From assembly GCA_965277405.1 (NCBI GenBank), contig OZ255726.1, positions 480,001 through 544,000 on the forward strand: DNA of 64,000 nucleotides. Reading direction: 5' to 3'. The position numbers were made by a program, and so were the translations under genes. Positions 20,381 through 30,271 of this stretch are shown in pieces (within the stretch, counting starts at the first letter, position 1; each line of letters starts with the position of its first letter). This stretch comes from Gammaproteobacteria bacterium (GTDB lineage: Bacteria; Pseudomonadota; Gammaproteobacteria; G965277405). The notes under the pieces were generated by a model. That model was given only the letters and a program-made list of their open reading frames with translations. It ran no database searches and had not been told where the DNA came from.

Positions 20381-21484
20381 ATGCTTTTTGTTGATGAAGC
20401 AACAATAGAGGTCACCGCTGGCAACGGAGGTAATGGTTGTGTGAGTTTCTTACGCCAACGCAATCGACCAAAAGGTGGTCCTGATGGTGGCAATGGTGGT
20501 AAAGGAGGCAGCGTGTATTTACAAGCAACGAATGACCTGAATACCCTCGTTGATTTTCGCTACCAGCCAAAATATACCGCAAAAAACGGCATCCACGGCA
20601 GTGGTGCCAATAAAAACGGCGCACAAGGTGTGGATATCTATATCAAAATTCCCGTTGGCACATGTGTTTACAGTGCCGAATCTGGGGTGGTACTAGACGA
20701 TTTTCGCGATCATAATCACGTTGTATGCATTGCTGCTGGTGGCAAAGGCGGCATCGGCAATATTCACTTTAAATCGAGCATCAACCGCAGTCCGCGCCAG
20801 TCAACAACTGGGGTTAAAGGTGAATATTTAAAACTTTTTATGCAGTTGCGCTTGATTGCAGATGTTGGCTTACTCGGGCTGCCGAATGCCGGAAAGTCTA
20901 CGCTTATCCGCGCGGTTTCGGCCGCAACACCAAAAGTTGCTGACTACCCGTTCACTACGCTGATTCCCAATCTGGGCACAGTCCGCATTGCGGCAGGCAA
21001 TTCATTTTTGATTGCAGATATTCCTGGAATAATTGCTGGCGCAAGCGTGGGGAAAGGACTTGGTCTCGAGTTTCTCCGCCATATTGCCCGCACAAATTTG
21101 TTGTTGCATTTGCTCGATGTCTGCGGCGAACAAGCGGTCGAAGAACAATATTTTGTGATAGAGAACGAACTAAAAAAAAGCAGCGCGGTGTTTCTTGATA
21201 AGCAGCGCTGGGTTGTCCTCAATAAATCTGATACCGTCAGTGCAGCAGAGATCGAATTACTCCAAACACGGATTACCAAGATTACCGACATTCCAATTTG
21301 GGTAACTTCAGCTGCTACCAAAGACGGCTGCCAAGCATTGATGCACGCGGTGTCATTGTGGTTGCAAGCTGAAGATGAACGCCGGCGCAATAATGCAGAA
21401 TACAACCGCGCCCAAAACACCCAAATCGACCAAATTGCCAAAGATATTCAAACGAAGTTTAGCGATAATGCACTCGACAGCTGA
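20381..21484 (+). CDS. obgE: GTPase ObgE/CgtA
   Basis: Gly-rich Obg domain, GLPNAGKST, YPFTT, DIPG, NKSD. Confidence 0.97.
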   Translation: MLFVDEATIEVTAGNGGNGCVSFLRQRNRPKGGPDGGNGGKGGSVYLQATNDLNTLVDFRYQPKYTAKNGIHGSGANKNGAQGVDIYIKIPVGTCVYSAESGVVLDDFRDHNHVVCIAAGGKGGIGNIHFKSSINRSPRQSTTGVKGEYLKLFMQLRLIADVGLLGLPNAGKSTLIRAVSAATPKVADYPFTTLIPNLGTVRIAAGNSFLIADIPGIIAGASVGKGLGLEFLRHIARTNLLLHLLDVCGEQAVEEQYFVIENELKKSSAVFLDKQRWVVLNKSDTVSAAEIELLQTRITKITDIPIWVTSAATKDGCQALMHAVSLWLQAEDERRRNNAEYNRAQNTQIDQIAKDIQTKFSDNALDS

Positions 21485-22538
21485 GCTAATTAGTGACTTT
21501 GCCGCAGGCAAAATGATTGTGTTGCTCGACGATGAGCAACGCGAAAATGAAGGCGATATCATCGTTGCGGCGGAAAAAGTAACCCCAGCGATAATAAATT
21601 TTATGGCGAAACACGCGCGCGGCTTGATTTGTTTTCCAATCGAAGCAACACGCTGCCAGCAACTTGGGCTGCAGTTGATGTCGCACCATAACCGCTCGCG
21701 CAACCACACCAATTTCACCGTTTCAATCGAAGCGGTTGAGGGCATTACCACTGGTATTTCTGTATATGACCGCGCCCACACTATCAAAACTGCAATTCGC
21801 CACGATGCCAGCAACAACGATATTGTGTCACCAGGCCACGTGTTCCCGATTCAAGCTGTCGCGGGAGGGGTGTTGGTGCGCCCTGGACACACCGAGGCTG
21901 CGGTTGACTTTGCCAAACTCAGCGGCTGCATCCCAGCAGCTGTCATAGTAGAGGTAATGAACGAAGACGGGACTATGGCTCGACTACCTGAACTTACCCA
22001 GTTTGCACAACAGCATGGTTTAAAAATTGGCACGATTGCCAACTTGATTGAATATCGATTAGAACATGAGCAAACGGTTGAGCGCATTCACGTGACCGAG
22101 AATTACCAATATCTTGGTCAAACATGGAAATTACACAGATACCAAGACCATATCCATGGCTCTATACACTCAGCACTGGTTAAAGGCGATATTAATACAG
22201 CAATACCGTTGGTGCGGGTGCAGCAATACACCCCAGTTGATGACTTGCTTGGAGTGAGTAACACTGGCTCATGGACATGGCTTGAGGCAATCAAAACTAT
22301 GGACAGTGCAGAATCAGCAGTAGCTGTATTGCTGAATTTTCCGCATCACTATCAAAAAACCGATGCAACAGCTCATGCGTCGACAAATTTTCAAACATAC
22401 GGTACTGGTGCGCAAATCCTTGCCGACCTCTGCGTGCATAAAATGCGTTTACTGAGCTCACCGATTCGGTTGTCGGCACTCTCAGGATTCTCGCTAGAAA
22501 TTGTCGAGATGGTCGCTCCCAGGTCAACTAATATCTGA
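21468..22538 (+). CDS. ribB: 3,4-dihydroxy-2-butanone-4-phosphate synthase with degenerate GTP cyclohydrolase II-like domain (RibBX type)
   Basis: DDEQRENEGD, PGHVFP, GHTEA; C-domain lacks the RibA zinc-binding cysteines. Confidence 0.9.
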   Translation: MHSTAELISDFAAGKMIVLLDDEQRENEGDIIVAAEKVTPAIINFMAKHARGLICFPIEATRCQQLGLQLMSHHNRSRNHTNFTVSIEAVEGITTGISVYDRAHTIKTAIRHDASNNDIVSPGHVFPIQAVAGGVLVRPGHTEAAVDFAKLSGCIPAAVIVEVMNEDGTMARLPELTQFAQQHGLKIGTIANLIEYRLEHEQTVERIHVTENYQYLGQTWKLHRYQDHIHGSIHSALVKGDINTAIPLVRVQQYTPVDDLLGVSNTGSWTWLEAIKTMDSAESAVAVLLNFPHHYQKTDATAHASTNFQTYGTGAQILADLCVHKMRLLSSPIRLSALSGFSLEIVEMVAPRSTNI

Positions 22539-22549
22539 TACCACCGCAA

Positions 22550-23176
22550 ATGTTAGAGTTGTATATCATTGCGACAACCACGATGATAGCCACCGTTGGT
22601 CCGCAAGATGTTGCGGTGCTTTTTGCCGTGCTGAGCAAAGATTTTAGCCAACAAAAAGCCAGAAGAATTGCCTTGCGTGGGGTGTTGATTGCCAGCGGAA
22701 TTATTTTTTTATTTGCTTTTTTTGGTGAAGCCTTGCTCAACAGCTTTGGTATCAGCCTAGCAGCACTCCAAGTTGCTGGCGGAATTTTATTGTTGTTGAT
22801 GAGCATCGACATGGTGTTTGCCCGTCCATCGGGTGCGACAGCACCAACCAGCGACGAACAACGCGAAGCAAAATCTCGAGAGGATATTTCAGTATTCCCG
22901 CTGGCGATGCCATTGATTGCAGGACCAGGAACCATGGGGTCAGCAATCTTACTAATGACAAAAACACAAGGTGTTGTAGAGCAGCAAATAATGGTGTTGC
23001 TTGGGATTAGCTCAGTATTACTGCTAACGTATGTGCTGTTACTGCTTGCAGGGCAAGTCAAAAAAATCCTCGGAGTCACCGGGATGCACGTCATCGGCAG
23101 AGTGTTTGGGATTCTCCTCGCTGGATTAGCCGTGCAATTTATCTTCGACGGGATGTCATCAAGCGGGTTGATATAG
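22550..23176 (+). CDS. MarC family membrane protein
   Basis: FGISLAALQVAGG, PLAMPLIAGPG. Confidence 0.9.
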   Translation: MLELYIIATTTMIATVGPQDVAVLFAVLSKDFSQQKARRIALRGVLIASGIIFLFAFFGEALLNSFGISLAALQVAGGILLLLMSIDMVFARPSGATAPTSDEQREAKSREDISVFPLAMPLIAGPGTMGSAILLMTKTQGVVEQQIMVLLGISSVLLLTYVLLLLAGQVKKILGVTGMHVIGRVFGILLAGLAVQFIFDGMSSSGLI

Positions 23177-23537
23177 CTGCAAGGCGTAAATAAGCTGTAT
23201 AAAGCCCTACAAACGCCACAAGTTGTGTCATGGCATCATCTTTAATATTCGTGCCACTGCCAACGTCAGCAACCTTTTTTGAGCAGTTATACCGATGCTG
23301 TCTGGCTGCAACTTTACTCAGGATGTATGCAATTACATGGTGTAACAATGCTGTATTGCTATAATTATAATAAATGCTTCTGGGGCATTACTACATTTTT
23401 TTACACAAAACTCAACAACCAATACACCCACAAAATATGCAAAATAAAATGGGTATAAGGTATATTAAATTTGGGTGTAATCAACAAGAGTAACATTGCC
23501 GCACGCCCACACTCCATCTCCTAACTTCAGGATTACT

Positions 23538-24031
23538 ATGAAAAATTTACTAACAATATTGGTCTTGTTAAGCGCAACATTCACCTTGTTTGGATGTAAC
23601 AACTCCAAACGTATGGTAGAAGAGTAACACACGGAGAAGTCGCAGAAATTAAAATTACTGGAAACGCCGCAACATTATTATCAGTATTTGCAGATCCACG
23701 TCTAGACGTGTGGGATGCTACAGCCGTAGTGGTTAGTGGTCAAGCGCTGAGTGTGCGAACAACAATAATTGAATACGTCGAAGATCAATATATTCGCGTG
23801 TCGCATGATCCATCTGCTAATGTTTTAAGCTATTCCCTTACAGATGACCTCGTATCTACAACACAACCTGGAGCGTCTACACCGCAACATCCTGAGGGAT
23901 ATATTTATAATGTAAATGATGTAAAAACGTATCCCCTTACAGTAGCAAGCGACAATGGCACACATGTTACCAGTGATGATGATATTTACGTTATTGGTAA
24001 CGGTTTTCAAACATTAGAAAATGATGACTAG
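23538..24031 (+). pseudogene. Frameshifted lipoprotein of unknown function
   Basis: MKNLLTILVLLSATFTLFGC lipoprotein signal stops at 23627; a different frame is open from ~23606 to 24031. Confidence 0.55.
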
Positions 24032-24572
24032 TACCAGTATTAGCAGAGGAAGACAGATAACCTTATTCGACGCTCCACCCTTACATCGACCGACGGGCTA
24101 CGCGTCGACCAAGTATTAAATACGCAGGTATAGTATTTAAATACCTATAAACTATAATTTTATAAAATGGTTGTTGAGAATAGCAACGACCGTTTTGTAT
24201 GGCGGCGCTGGCTTAGCTGGAAACAACAAGTGCTGGGGGTATTGCAGTGGTCTTGTGACGTCGATTTCAACATTATTGTGGATCATTATTTTGGATAAAG
24301 TGCGGCAACAAACAATATATATGGGTGTACGTATGTACCGCAATTTGCGCAAAGTTTTGCCCACATTTTTCTCACAAGGCGGGAGTGCAAACGCGCGAAC
24401 ACTGTATGGTGATTGCCGCGGTCAAGAGTTTCAGAGCGCTGCATTTTTTCAACAATTCGCAGCGCAGGTCTAAAAATTTGTGTAAAACAAATAATCTGCA
24501 GCACATTTGTGCAAAATTGCCCAAATCACCTAGCTATAAAATATTTTTAATAATTGTCCGTATACTTTGCCA

Positions 24573-25454
24573 ATGTATCTGCAAGACACCATCGGCAATA
24601 CCCCACTCGTTGCACTGCAACGGCTAGCAATTGCCAACAACAATCAAATTTTTTGTAAGCTCGAAGGGAATAATCCCGCTGGTTCAGTCAAAGACCGGCC
24701 AGCGTATAACATGATAGTCCAAGCACTTGCCCGCGGCGATATTCAAAGCGGTGATACCTTGATTGAAGCTACCAGCGGCAACACTGGCATTGCCTTGGCA
24801 ATGGTCGCAGCTATGCTGGGGATGAAAATGGTGTTGTTAATGCCTGCAAATTCTACCCAAGAGCGCAAAGACGCAATGCTTGCTTACAATGCCGAGCTTA
24901 TTGAAATCGACCCAGCAGGCGGGATGGAATTAGCACGCGATACCGCATTAACCATGGCAAGCCAAGGAAAAGGAAAAGTACTAAATCAATTTGCCAACCC
25001 TGATAATTGGCGGGCACACTTCAGCGGCACTGGTCCTGAAATTTGGCAACAGACGAATCAGCAAGTCAGCCACTTTGTCTCGGCAATGGGTACAACAGGT
25101 ACAATAATGGGTGTGTCTAAATACCTTAAACAACAAGATGCATCAATACAAATTATTGGATTACAGCCAACTGATGGCAGCAAAATACCAGGTATTCGCC
25201 GCTGGCCAGCTGAATACATGCCAGCTATTTTTGATGCGTCAGCAGTAGATACCATTATTGATGTAAACAGCACTGACGCCCAAACAACCATGCGCGACCT
25301 TGCACAACAAGAAGGAATTTTTGCTGGGGTTTCGTCAGGTGGAGCTGTATGGGGAGCGATGGAAGTTGCCAAGACGTGTGAAAACGCAACGATTGTCGCC
25401 ATTATCTGCGACCGCGGCGACCGCTATCTCTCATCTGGCGTGTATACGCAATAG
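24573..25454 (+). CDS. cysM: Cysteine synthase B
   Basis: KLEGNNPAGSVKDR, TSGNTG, IPGIRRWP, CDRGDRYLS. Confidence 0.95.
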   Translation: MYLQDTIGNTPLVALQRLAIANNNQIFCKLEGNNPAGSVKDRPAYNMIVQALARGDIQSGDTLIEATSGNTGIALAMVAAMLGMKMVLLMPANSTQERKDAMLAYNAELIEIDPAGGMELARDTALTMASQGKGKVLNQFANPDNWRAHFSGTGPEIWQQTNQQVSHFVSAMGTTGTIMGVSKYLKQQDASIQIIGLQPTDGSKIPGIRRWPAEYMPAIFDASAVDTIIDVNSTDAQTTMRDLAQQEGIFAGVSSGGAVWGAMEVAKTCENATIVAIICDRGDRYLSSGVYTQ

Positions 25455-25717
25455 CTCGTGCTGCGACAACAACCGCGCAACCGCAACAGCATATTATTAT
25501 TTACATTGTTCCAATATATACATTGTGCCGATGTTTGCAAATAACGTTTTGCCAACTCTAAAAGTGTAAATCATCTGCGGCGACGAATATCACTGCATGA
25601 TATTTGCTAAAAATTGTATTGTATTCAAGATTATCATTATTTTAGAAAACTTTATTTTCAGGCAGTAATACCCACGGCATTGCCAACAAGCTATTCATCA
25701 ATGGCAACCATCCTTAA

Positions 25718-26012
25718 GGAATCTCTGATTAAGTCGCTGATGGGGCGAGTTTGCCTGCAATTGCTGATGATTGCAAGGCGCAAACCGCTAAGAGCATGCC
25801 GTAGCATATACGCCAAGGGATGCAACACAGCAAGTACCGCTTGTAGGCAAACCATCATATATTCAATAGAAGGTCGGGAAAAAACGCTGCGCTAACGTCG
25901 TTGCAGCACTTGGCAGCACCCACAAGACCACCAGTATTATCTGCGCACTGCGTCTAGTTATCATCAGCGTTTTTTCTCCGTCTCGCCCGTCATGGACTTA
26001 ATCAGAGCTTCC
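25718..26012 (+). mobile_element. Full-length MITE (~295 bp, IS5-family ends)
   Basis: GGAATCTCTGATTAA ... TTAATCAGAGCTTCC; flanks TTAA/CTAA; homologous to 32438, 33989 and 38273. Confidence 0.9.
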
Positions 26013-26062
26013 CTAAATAGGAGTGATGATTGTGACCAGATGATTGCGATGGGCTTTGTTAG

Positions 26063-26295
26063 CAGTACAAAACCACATGGCACACCAATGCTACATTAGC
26101 TATGAAGCTAATATAGTAAGCAAGTTTTACCAATATACCCAACTGACAATGGAGTGATAATAGGAGGATATTCACAGTACAAAACCACATGGCGCGCCAA
26201 TGCTATATTAGCTATAAAGCTAATATAGTCTATAGTTGGCAAGTTTTACCAATATACCCAACTGAAAAGGGTGTAATAATAAAGGGAAATCCACA
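26063..26295. repeat. Tandem ~112-bp duplication of the upstream/promoter region, each copy containing a palindrome
   Basis: CAGTACAAAACCACATGG at 26063 and 26175; CTATATTAGCT-N4-AGCTAATATAG at 26203-26228 and a one-mismatch copy at 26091-26116. Confidence 0.85.
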
Positions 26296-27507
26296 ATGAA
26301 AAATTTTATAACAACAAGAGTACTGGCGCTAGCCACCATACTCATTGCTAGCACATCTTTTGCAGACACCAAGATCGGAGCAATCTTTGATTTGACTGGT
26401 GGTCTGAATATCTATGGTATTCAACAAAACAATGCCTTAAATTTGGCTGTTGCCAACATTAACGCAAATGGAGGTGTTCTTGGAGAACCAGTAAGCGTTG
26501 TCGGTTACGATGGACAATCGGAATTGAGCAAATACACCCAATACGCAAAGACATCTGTTCTTCGTGATGGCATCTCAGCGATGTTTGCTGGTCTGACCAG
26601 TTCTTCACGTGAAGCCATTCGCCCAATCTTCCGTAAAGCAAATATCCCATACTTTTATTCTTCACTGTATGAAGGCGGTGCCTGCGATAAGCAAACATTT
26701 GTGACTGGATCAAGCGCATCACAACAGTTGAATGTTTTGATCAAATGGGCTGTCGAGCATTATGGCAAAAGAATCTACATCATGGCGCCAGACTATAACT
26801 TCGGTACGATTTCAGGTCACTGGATTCACGAATATGCCAAACAAAATGGCGCAGAAGTTGTCGGTGAAGATTATCTGGCGTTGTCTGTCACAGATTACGC
26901 TCCAACAATCCAAAAAATTCAAGCGGCAAAGCCAGACTTTGTAGCGGCTCTTCCAGTTGGTGCTAACCAAACTGGATTTCTTGAGCAATTTGCTGCGGCG
27001 GGACTAAAAGATAATATAGGCCTTGTTTCAACAAACTATGGCTCTGGTAACCAACAAGTTGTTGTCTCTCCTGAGGCAGGCGCAGGTCTGATTTCAAGCA
27101 TGAGTTATTTCCCAGCTGTAGACAGCAAGGAAAACGCCAGCTTCCTCAAAATGTGGCGCGCTAAATATGGTAATAAAACCCCAGTTGTTTCTGGTGCGGT
27201 TGACACATGGAACGCGGTGCATCTTTGGGCTTTGGCAGTGAACAAAGCAGGTAAAACCGAATCAGACGCGGTAATTGCGGCACTTGAAAGCGGTATTTAT
27301 TTTGATGCTCCAAATGGTAAAGTCACACTAGAAGCTGGTTCTCACCACCTCCGTCAAGATATTTACATCGCAGCAGGTGATAAGAAACATGGTTTTAAAA
27401 TACTCCAAACTTTTGCCGATTCGCCACCAACCTACGAGAACGAAAAATGTGATCTTGTCGCCAACCCAGCAACTGTTGAACATTATTCTCCCGAAGATAA
27501 TCTCTGA
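26296..27507 (+). CDS. Urea/short-chain amide ABC transporter substrate-binding protein (UrtA/FmdD/AmiC-like)
   Basis: Signal peptide; TSSSREAIRP, LYEGG, DYNFG. Confidence 0.85.
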   Translation: MKNFITTRVLALATILIASTSFADTKIGAIFDLTGGLNIYGIQQNNALNLAVANINANGGVLGEPVSVVGYDGQSELSKYTQYAKTSVLRDGISAMFAGLTSSSREAIRPIFRKANIPYFYSSLYEGGACDKQTFVTGSSASQQLNVLIKWAVEHYGKRIYIMAPDYNFGTISGHWIHEYAKQNGAEVVGEDYLALSVTDYAPTIQKIQAAKPDFVAALPVGANQTGFLEQFAAAGLKDNIGLVSTNYGSGNQQVVVSPEAGAGLISSMSYFPAVDSKENASFLKMWRAKYGNKTPVVSGAVDTWNAVHLWALAVNKAGKTESDAVIAALESGIYFDAPNGKVTLEAGSHHLRQDIYIAAGDKKHGFKILQTFADSPPTYENEKCDLVANPATVEHYSPEDNL

Positions 27508-27565
27508 TTAACTAGCTGATGGTGCGAGTTTGCCTGCAATTGCTGATGATTGCAAGGCGCATCCC
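27497..27565 (+). mobile_element. MITE left-end fragment overlapping the SBP stop codon
   Basis: ATCTCTGATTAACTAGCTGATGGTGCGAGTTTGCCTGCAATTGCTGATGATTGCAAGGCGCA matches the MITE left end. Confidence 0.85.
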
Positions 27566-27580
27566 TGTAGAGAGGAAAAT

Positions 27581-28447
27581 ATGGAAGTTGATTATCTGCT
27601 AACGGTATTGCTGTCATCACTTTCGAGTGCTGCTATTTTGCTAATCACGACAATCGGACTCGCTGTAGTTTACGGGCTTATGGGCGTTATCAATCTCGCT
27701 CATGGGGAATTTTTAATGGTCGGCGCTTATGCAGCGCTGACAGCCACTCAAATCGGTGTTCCTTATCCATTAGCAATCATCATAGCCGTCTGCGTGACTA
27801 TGGTGATTGGAGCTATTGTTGAATTGCTCATCATCAGGCGACTGTATGGTCGCTTGTTTGACACCATGTTGGCAACTTGGGGATTGGGTATGGTGTTTAA
27901 CCAAGGGGCAGTTCTGTTATTTGGTACGGTTTCTCCAGGTATTGGTATGCCGCAAATCAATTTTAAAATCGGTTACTATAGCCTCGCAGCATATCCGATT
28001 GCGATGATATTCGTCGCCGCTATCATGCTAGCATTCGTGTATTTGTTGATGACTAAAACACTGTATGGCATGCAAGCACGTGCTGCTATTCAAGAACCAC
28101 AGATGGCTCAGACTATCGGTATTGATGCCTCACGAGTCAACACCCTCACATTCGCTATTGGTTGTGGTCTGGCTGGATTTGCTGGGGCAATTCTTCTTCC
28201 TATTATTCCAGCAACACCATCCATGGGTCTCTTCTTCGCCGTGAAAGCCTTCCTGACGGTTGTGGTGGCTGGATCTGTCGCCCTAACGGGTAGCGCCGTT
28301 ACCGCATTGGCACTTGGTGGCGGTGCATCTGTAACGGCGAGCTTCTTGACATCTGTGATGGGCGACGTCTTCTTTTTCTTAATGACTGCATTGCTTCTTT
28401 GGCTATATCCAACTGGTATTTCGCCCAACTGGCGCCGCAAACTGTAG
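27581..28447 (+). CDS. Branched-chain/urea-type ABC permease (UrtB/LivH-like)
   Basis: GLMGVINLAHGEF, LATWG; RBS GAGG before ATG 27581. Confidence 0.9.
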   Translation: MEVDYLLTVLLSSLSSAAILLITTIGLAVVYGLMGVINLAHGEFLMVGAYAALTATQIGVPYPLAIIIAVCVTMVIGAIVELLIIRRLYGRLFDTMLATWGLGMVFNQGAVLLFGTVSPGIGMPQINFKIGYYSLAAYPIAMIFVAAIMLAFVYLLMTKTLYGMQARAAIQEPQMAQTIGIDASRVNTLTFAIGCGLAGFAGAILLPIIPATPSMGLFFAVKAFLTVVVAGSVALTGSAVTALALGGGASVTASFLTSVMGDVFFFLMTALLLWLYPTGISPNWRRKL

Positions 28448-28459
28448 CTGCGTAAATCA

Positions 28460-30271
28460 ATGTTTGAAAAACTCTACCATACGGCGGGGCTGGTTTTTCC
28501 AATCATCGCAACGATCATTGCGCTCGCTATTTCTAGCAGTCTTGACCCTTATCTAGCTTTTGTTGCTACTTCATGGATTATTTTTGGTCTGCTCGCGCTA
28601 AGTCTTGATGTAATTTGGGGTCGTGGTGGCTTGCTCAGTCTGGCGCAGACTGCCTTTTATGGTTTGGGGGGTTATTGCGGCAGTATCATCGCTGTCAACA
28701 TGGCTCCATCGGCAGGGATGACACTGTTGTTTGCCTTGCCAGCTGGTGCGGTATTTGGGGCTATGATGGCATTTGCCCTCGGTTATATCATTTTCTTTGC
28801 AAGAATGGGTGAGCTACAAAGTGCCATTCTATCCTACACCTTCACGCTGCTGCTGTGGTCAGTCACACAGACTTTCAAAATTAAGATCGGCGCTGCCATC
28901 ATTGGTGGCGACAATGGGTTCTCCAATATCCCAGGCATCATTCTTGGGTTTGAAGCAGACGCTGAATCACTAGCACCGAATGCAGCGTTTGCTGCCGTGG
29001 TGATTATCGCCGCAATCATCTATTTTTTCACAAGATGGTTGATGCATAGCAATTTTGGACGCATCGTTGCTTGCATTCGCGTCGATGTCGAAAAAACTGA
29101 ATTACTCGGTTATGATATCCGCAAATACCAGCTTGCCAACTTCGCCTATTCTGGGGCCATTGCTGGCATTGCGGGTTCACTTTTTGCGCTTTGGGCCAAC
29201 TATTTAAATCCATCCATTTTCTCGGTTCAAGAAGCATTGCTCGTTCCTATTTACGTTCTTGTTGGAGGTCTTGGTACGCTGGCTGGACCGTTTCTAGGCG
29301 CCCTTGCCATCGGTGCTTTGTCATTTTGGCTTGGCAGTGGCGCGGCAAGTGGTCAGACAACGTTGATTCTAGGTGCAGTATTGATCTTGCTGGTGCTGTT
29401 CCTACAAAACGGCATCTTGGGTGCTATCGGAGGATACTGGAAACGTTTCCTCCCCGATCCAAATGCTGCTGTCAGAAATGCAGGCGCCGTAAAAATTGAT
29501 ACCGAAGTGCTGGAAAACATTCTAAAAGATGCGGCTGAGCAAGCAGGCCCTGCCAAGAAACTTGATAGTGTAGAATTATTCAAACAATTTGGCGGCATTA
29601 CCGCAGTCAACAAGGTCAGTCTAAGTTTTTCTTCTGGTAGGCCTTATGCGTTGATTGGTCCCAATGGCGCTGGCAAAAGCTCATATTTGAAGACCTGCGT
29701 GGGTATCTATCGGTCCGCAGGAGGAATGATCAAATTAGGCGATGAGGACATCACCAAGGCTGCTATTTTTAAACGAGTGCGCCAGGGCATGGGTGTTAAA
29801 AACCAAAATCCGCAAGTCTTTGGTGAAATTACAGTCCTAGATAATCTCTGGACAGCTGCCTTTGCTCGAACACGCAACACAGATCAAGCCATGGCAGTAA
29901 GCCAGAAAATTCTAAGCATGCTGGGGATGAAAAATCAGGCTGATGTTGCCGCATCAGCCCTCTCTCATGGCCAACAACAATGGCTTGATATTGGCATGGT
30001 GCTGTGTTTGGCTCCGCGGGTGGTTCTTCTTGATGAACCGGCGGCGGGCATGACCAATGAAGAAACGCGCGAACTTTCATTATTGGTCAGAACCTTAGCA
30101 AAACATACTACCGTTGTGGTGGTGGAACACGACATGGAGTTTGTGCGCACACTCAAAGGCCACGTTACAGTGCTTCATCAAGGCAAGCTTTTTGCTGAAG
30201 GAGATATTGAAACGCTGCGCTGCAACGACGCTGTTCTCGATATTTACCTCGGCAGACGCACCCATGCTTAA
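28460..30271 (+). CDS. Fused ABC permease + ATPase (UrtC-UrtD-like)
   Basis: N-terminal TM region with WGRGGLLSL; C-terminal GPNGAGKS, LSHGQQQW, LLDEP, VEHDM. Confidence 0.9.
   Translation: MFEKLYHTAGLVFPIIATIIALAISSSLDPYLAFVATSWIIFGLLALSLDVIWGRGGLLSLAQTAFYGLGGYCGSIIAVNMAPSAGMTLLFALPAGAVFGAMMAFALGYIIFFARMGELQSAILSYTFTLLLWSVTQTFKIKIGAAIIGGDNGFSNIPGIILGFEADAESLAPNAAFAAVVIIAAIIYFFTRWLMHSNFGRIVACIRVDVEKTELLGYDIRKYQLANFAYSGAIAGIAGSLFALWANYLNPSIFSVQEALLVPIYVLVGGLGTLAGPFLGALAIGALSFWLGSGAASGQTTLILGAVLILLVLFLQNGILGAIGGYWKRFLPDPNAAVRNAGAVKIDTEVLENILKDAAEQAGPAKKLDSVELFKQFGGITAVNKVSLSFSSGRPYALIGPNGAGKSSYLKTCVGIYRSAGGMIKLGDEDITKAAIFKRVRQGMGVKNQNPQVFGEITVLDNLWTAAFARTRNTDQAMAVSQKILSMLGMKNQADVAASALSHGQQQWLDIGMVLCLAPRVVLLDEPAAGMTNEETRELSLLVRTLAKHTTVVVVEHDMEFVRTLKGHVTVLHQGKLFAEGDIETLRCNDAVLDIYLGRRTHA

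Noticed and set aside
24152-24627. Overlapping short ORFs upstream of cysM
   Set aside because: No recognisable motif or clear RBS; possibly a decayed gene but unsupported
25614-25895. Recurrent small ORFs with CLQLLMIARR / CRSIYAKGCNTAS peptides (also 32276, 32526, 33915, 38306, 60834)
   Set aside because: Translations of the non-coding MITE in varying frames, with no conserved start or stop
26078-26093. Sigma-54 promoter-like TGGCAC...TGC in both leader copies
   Set aside because: GG-to-GC spacing is 9 nt rather than the required 10 in both copies
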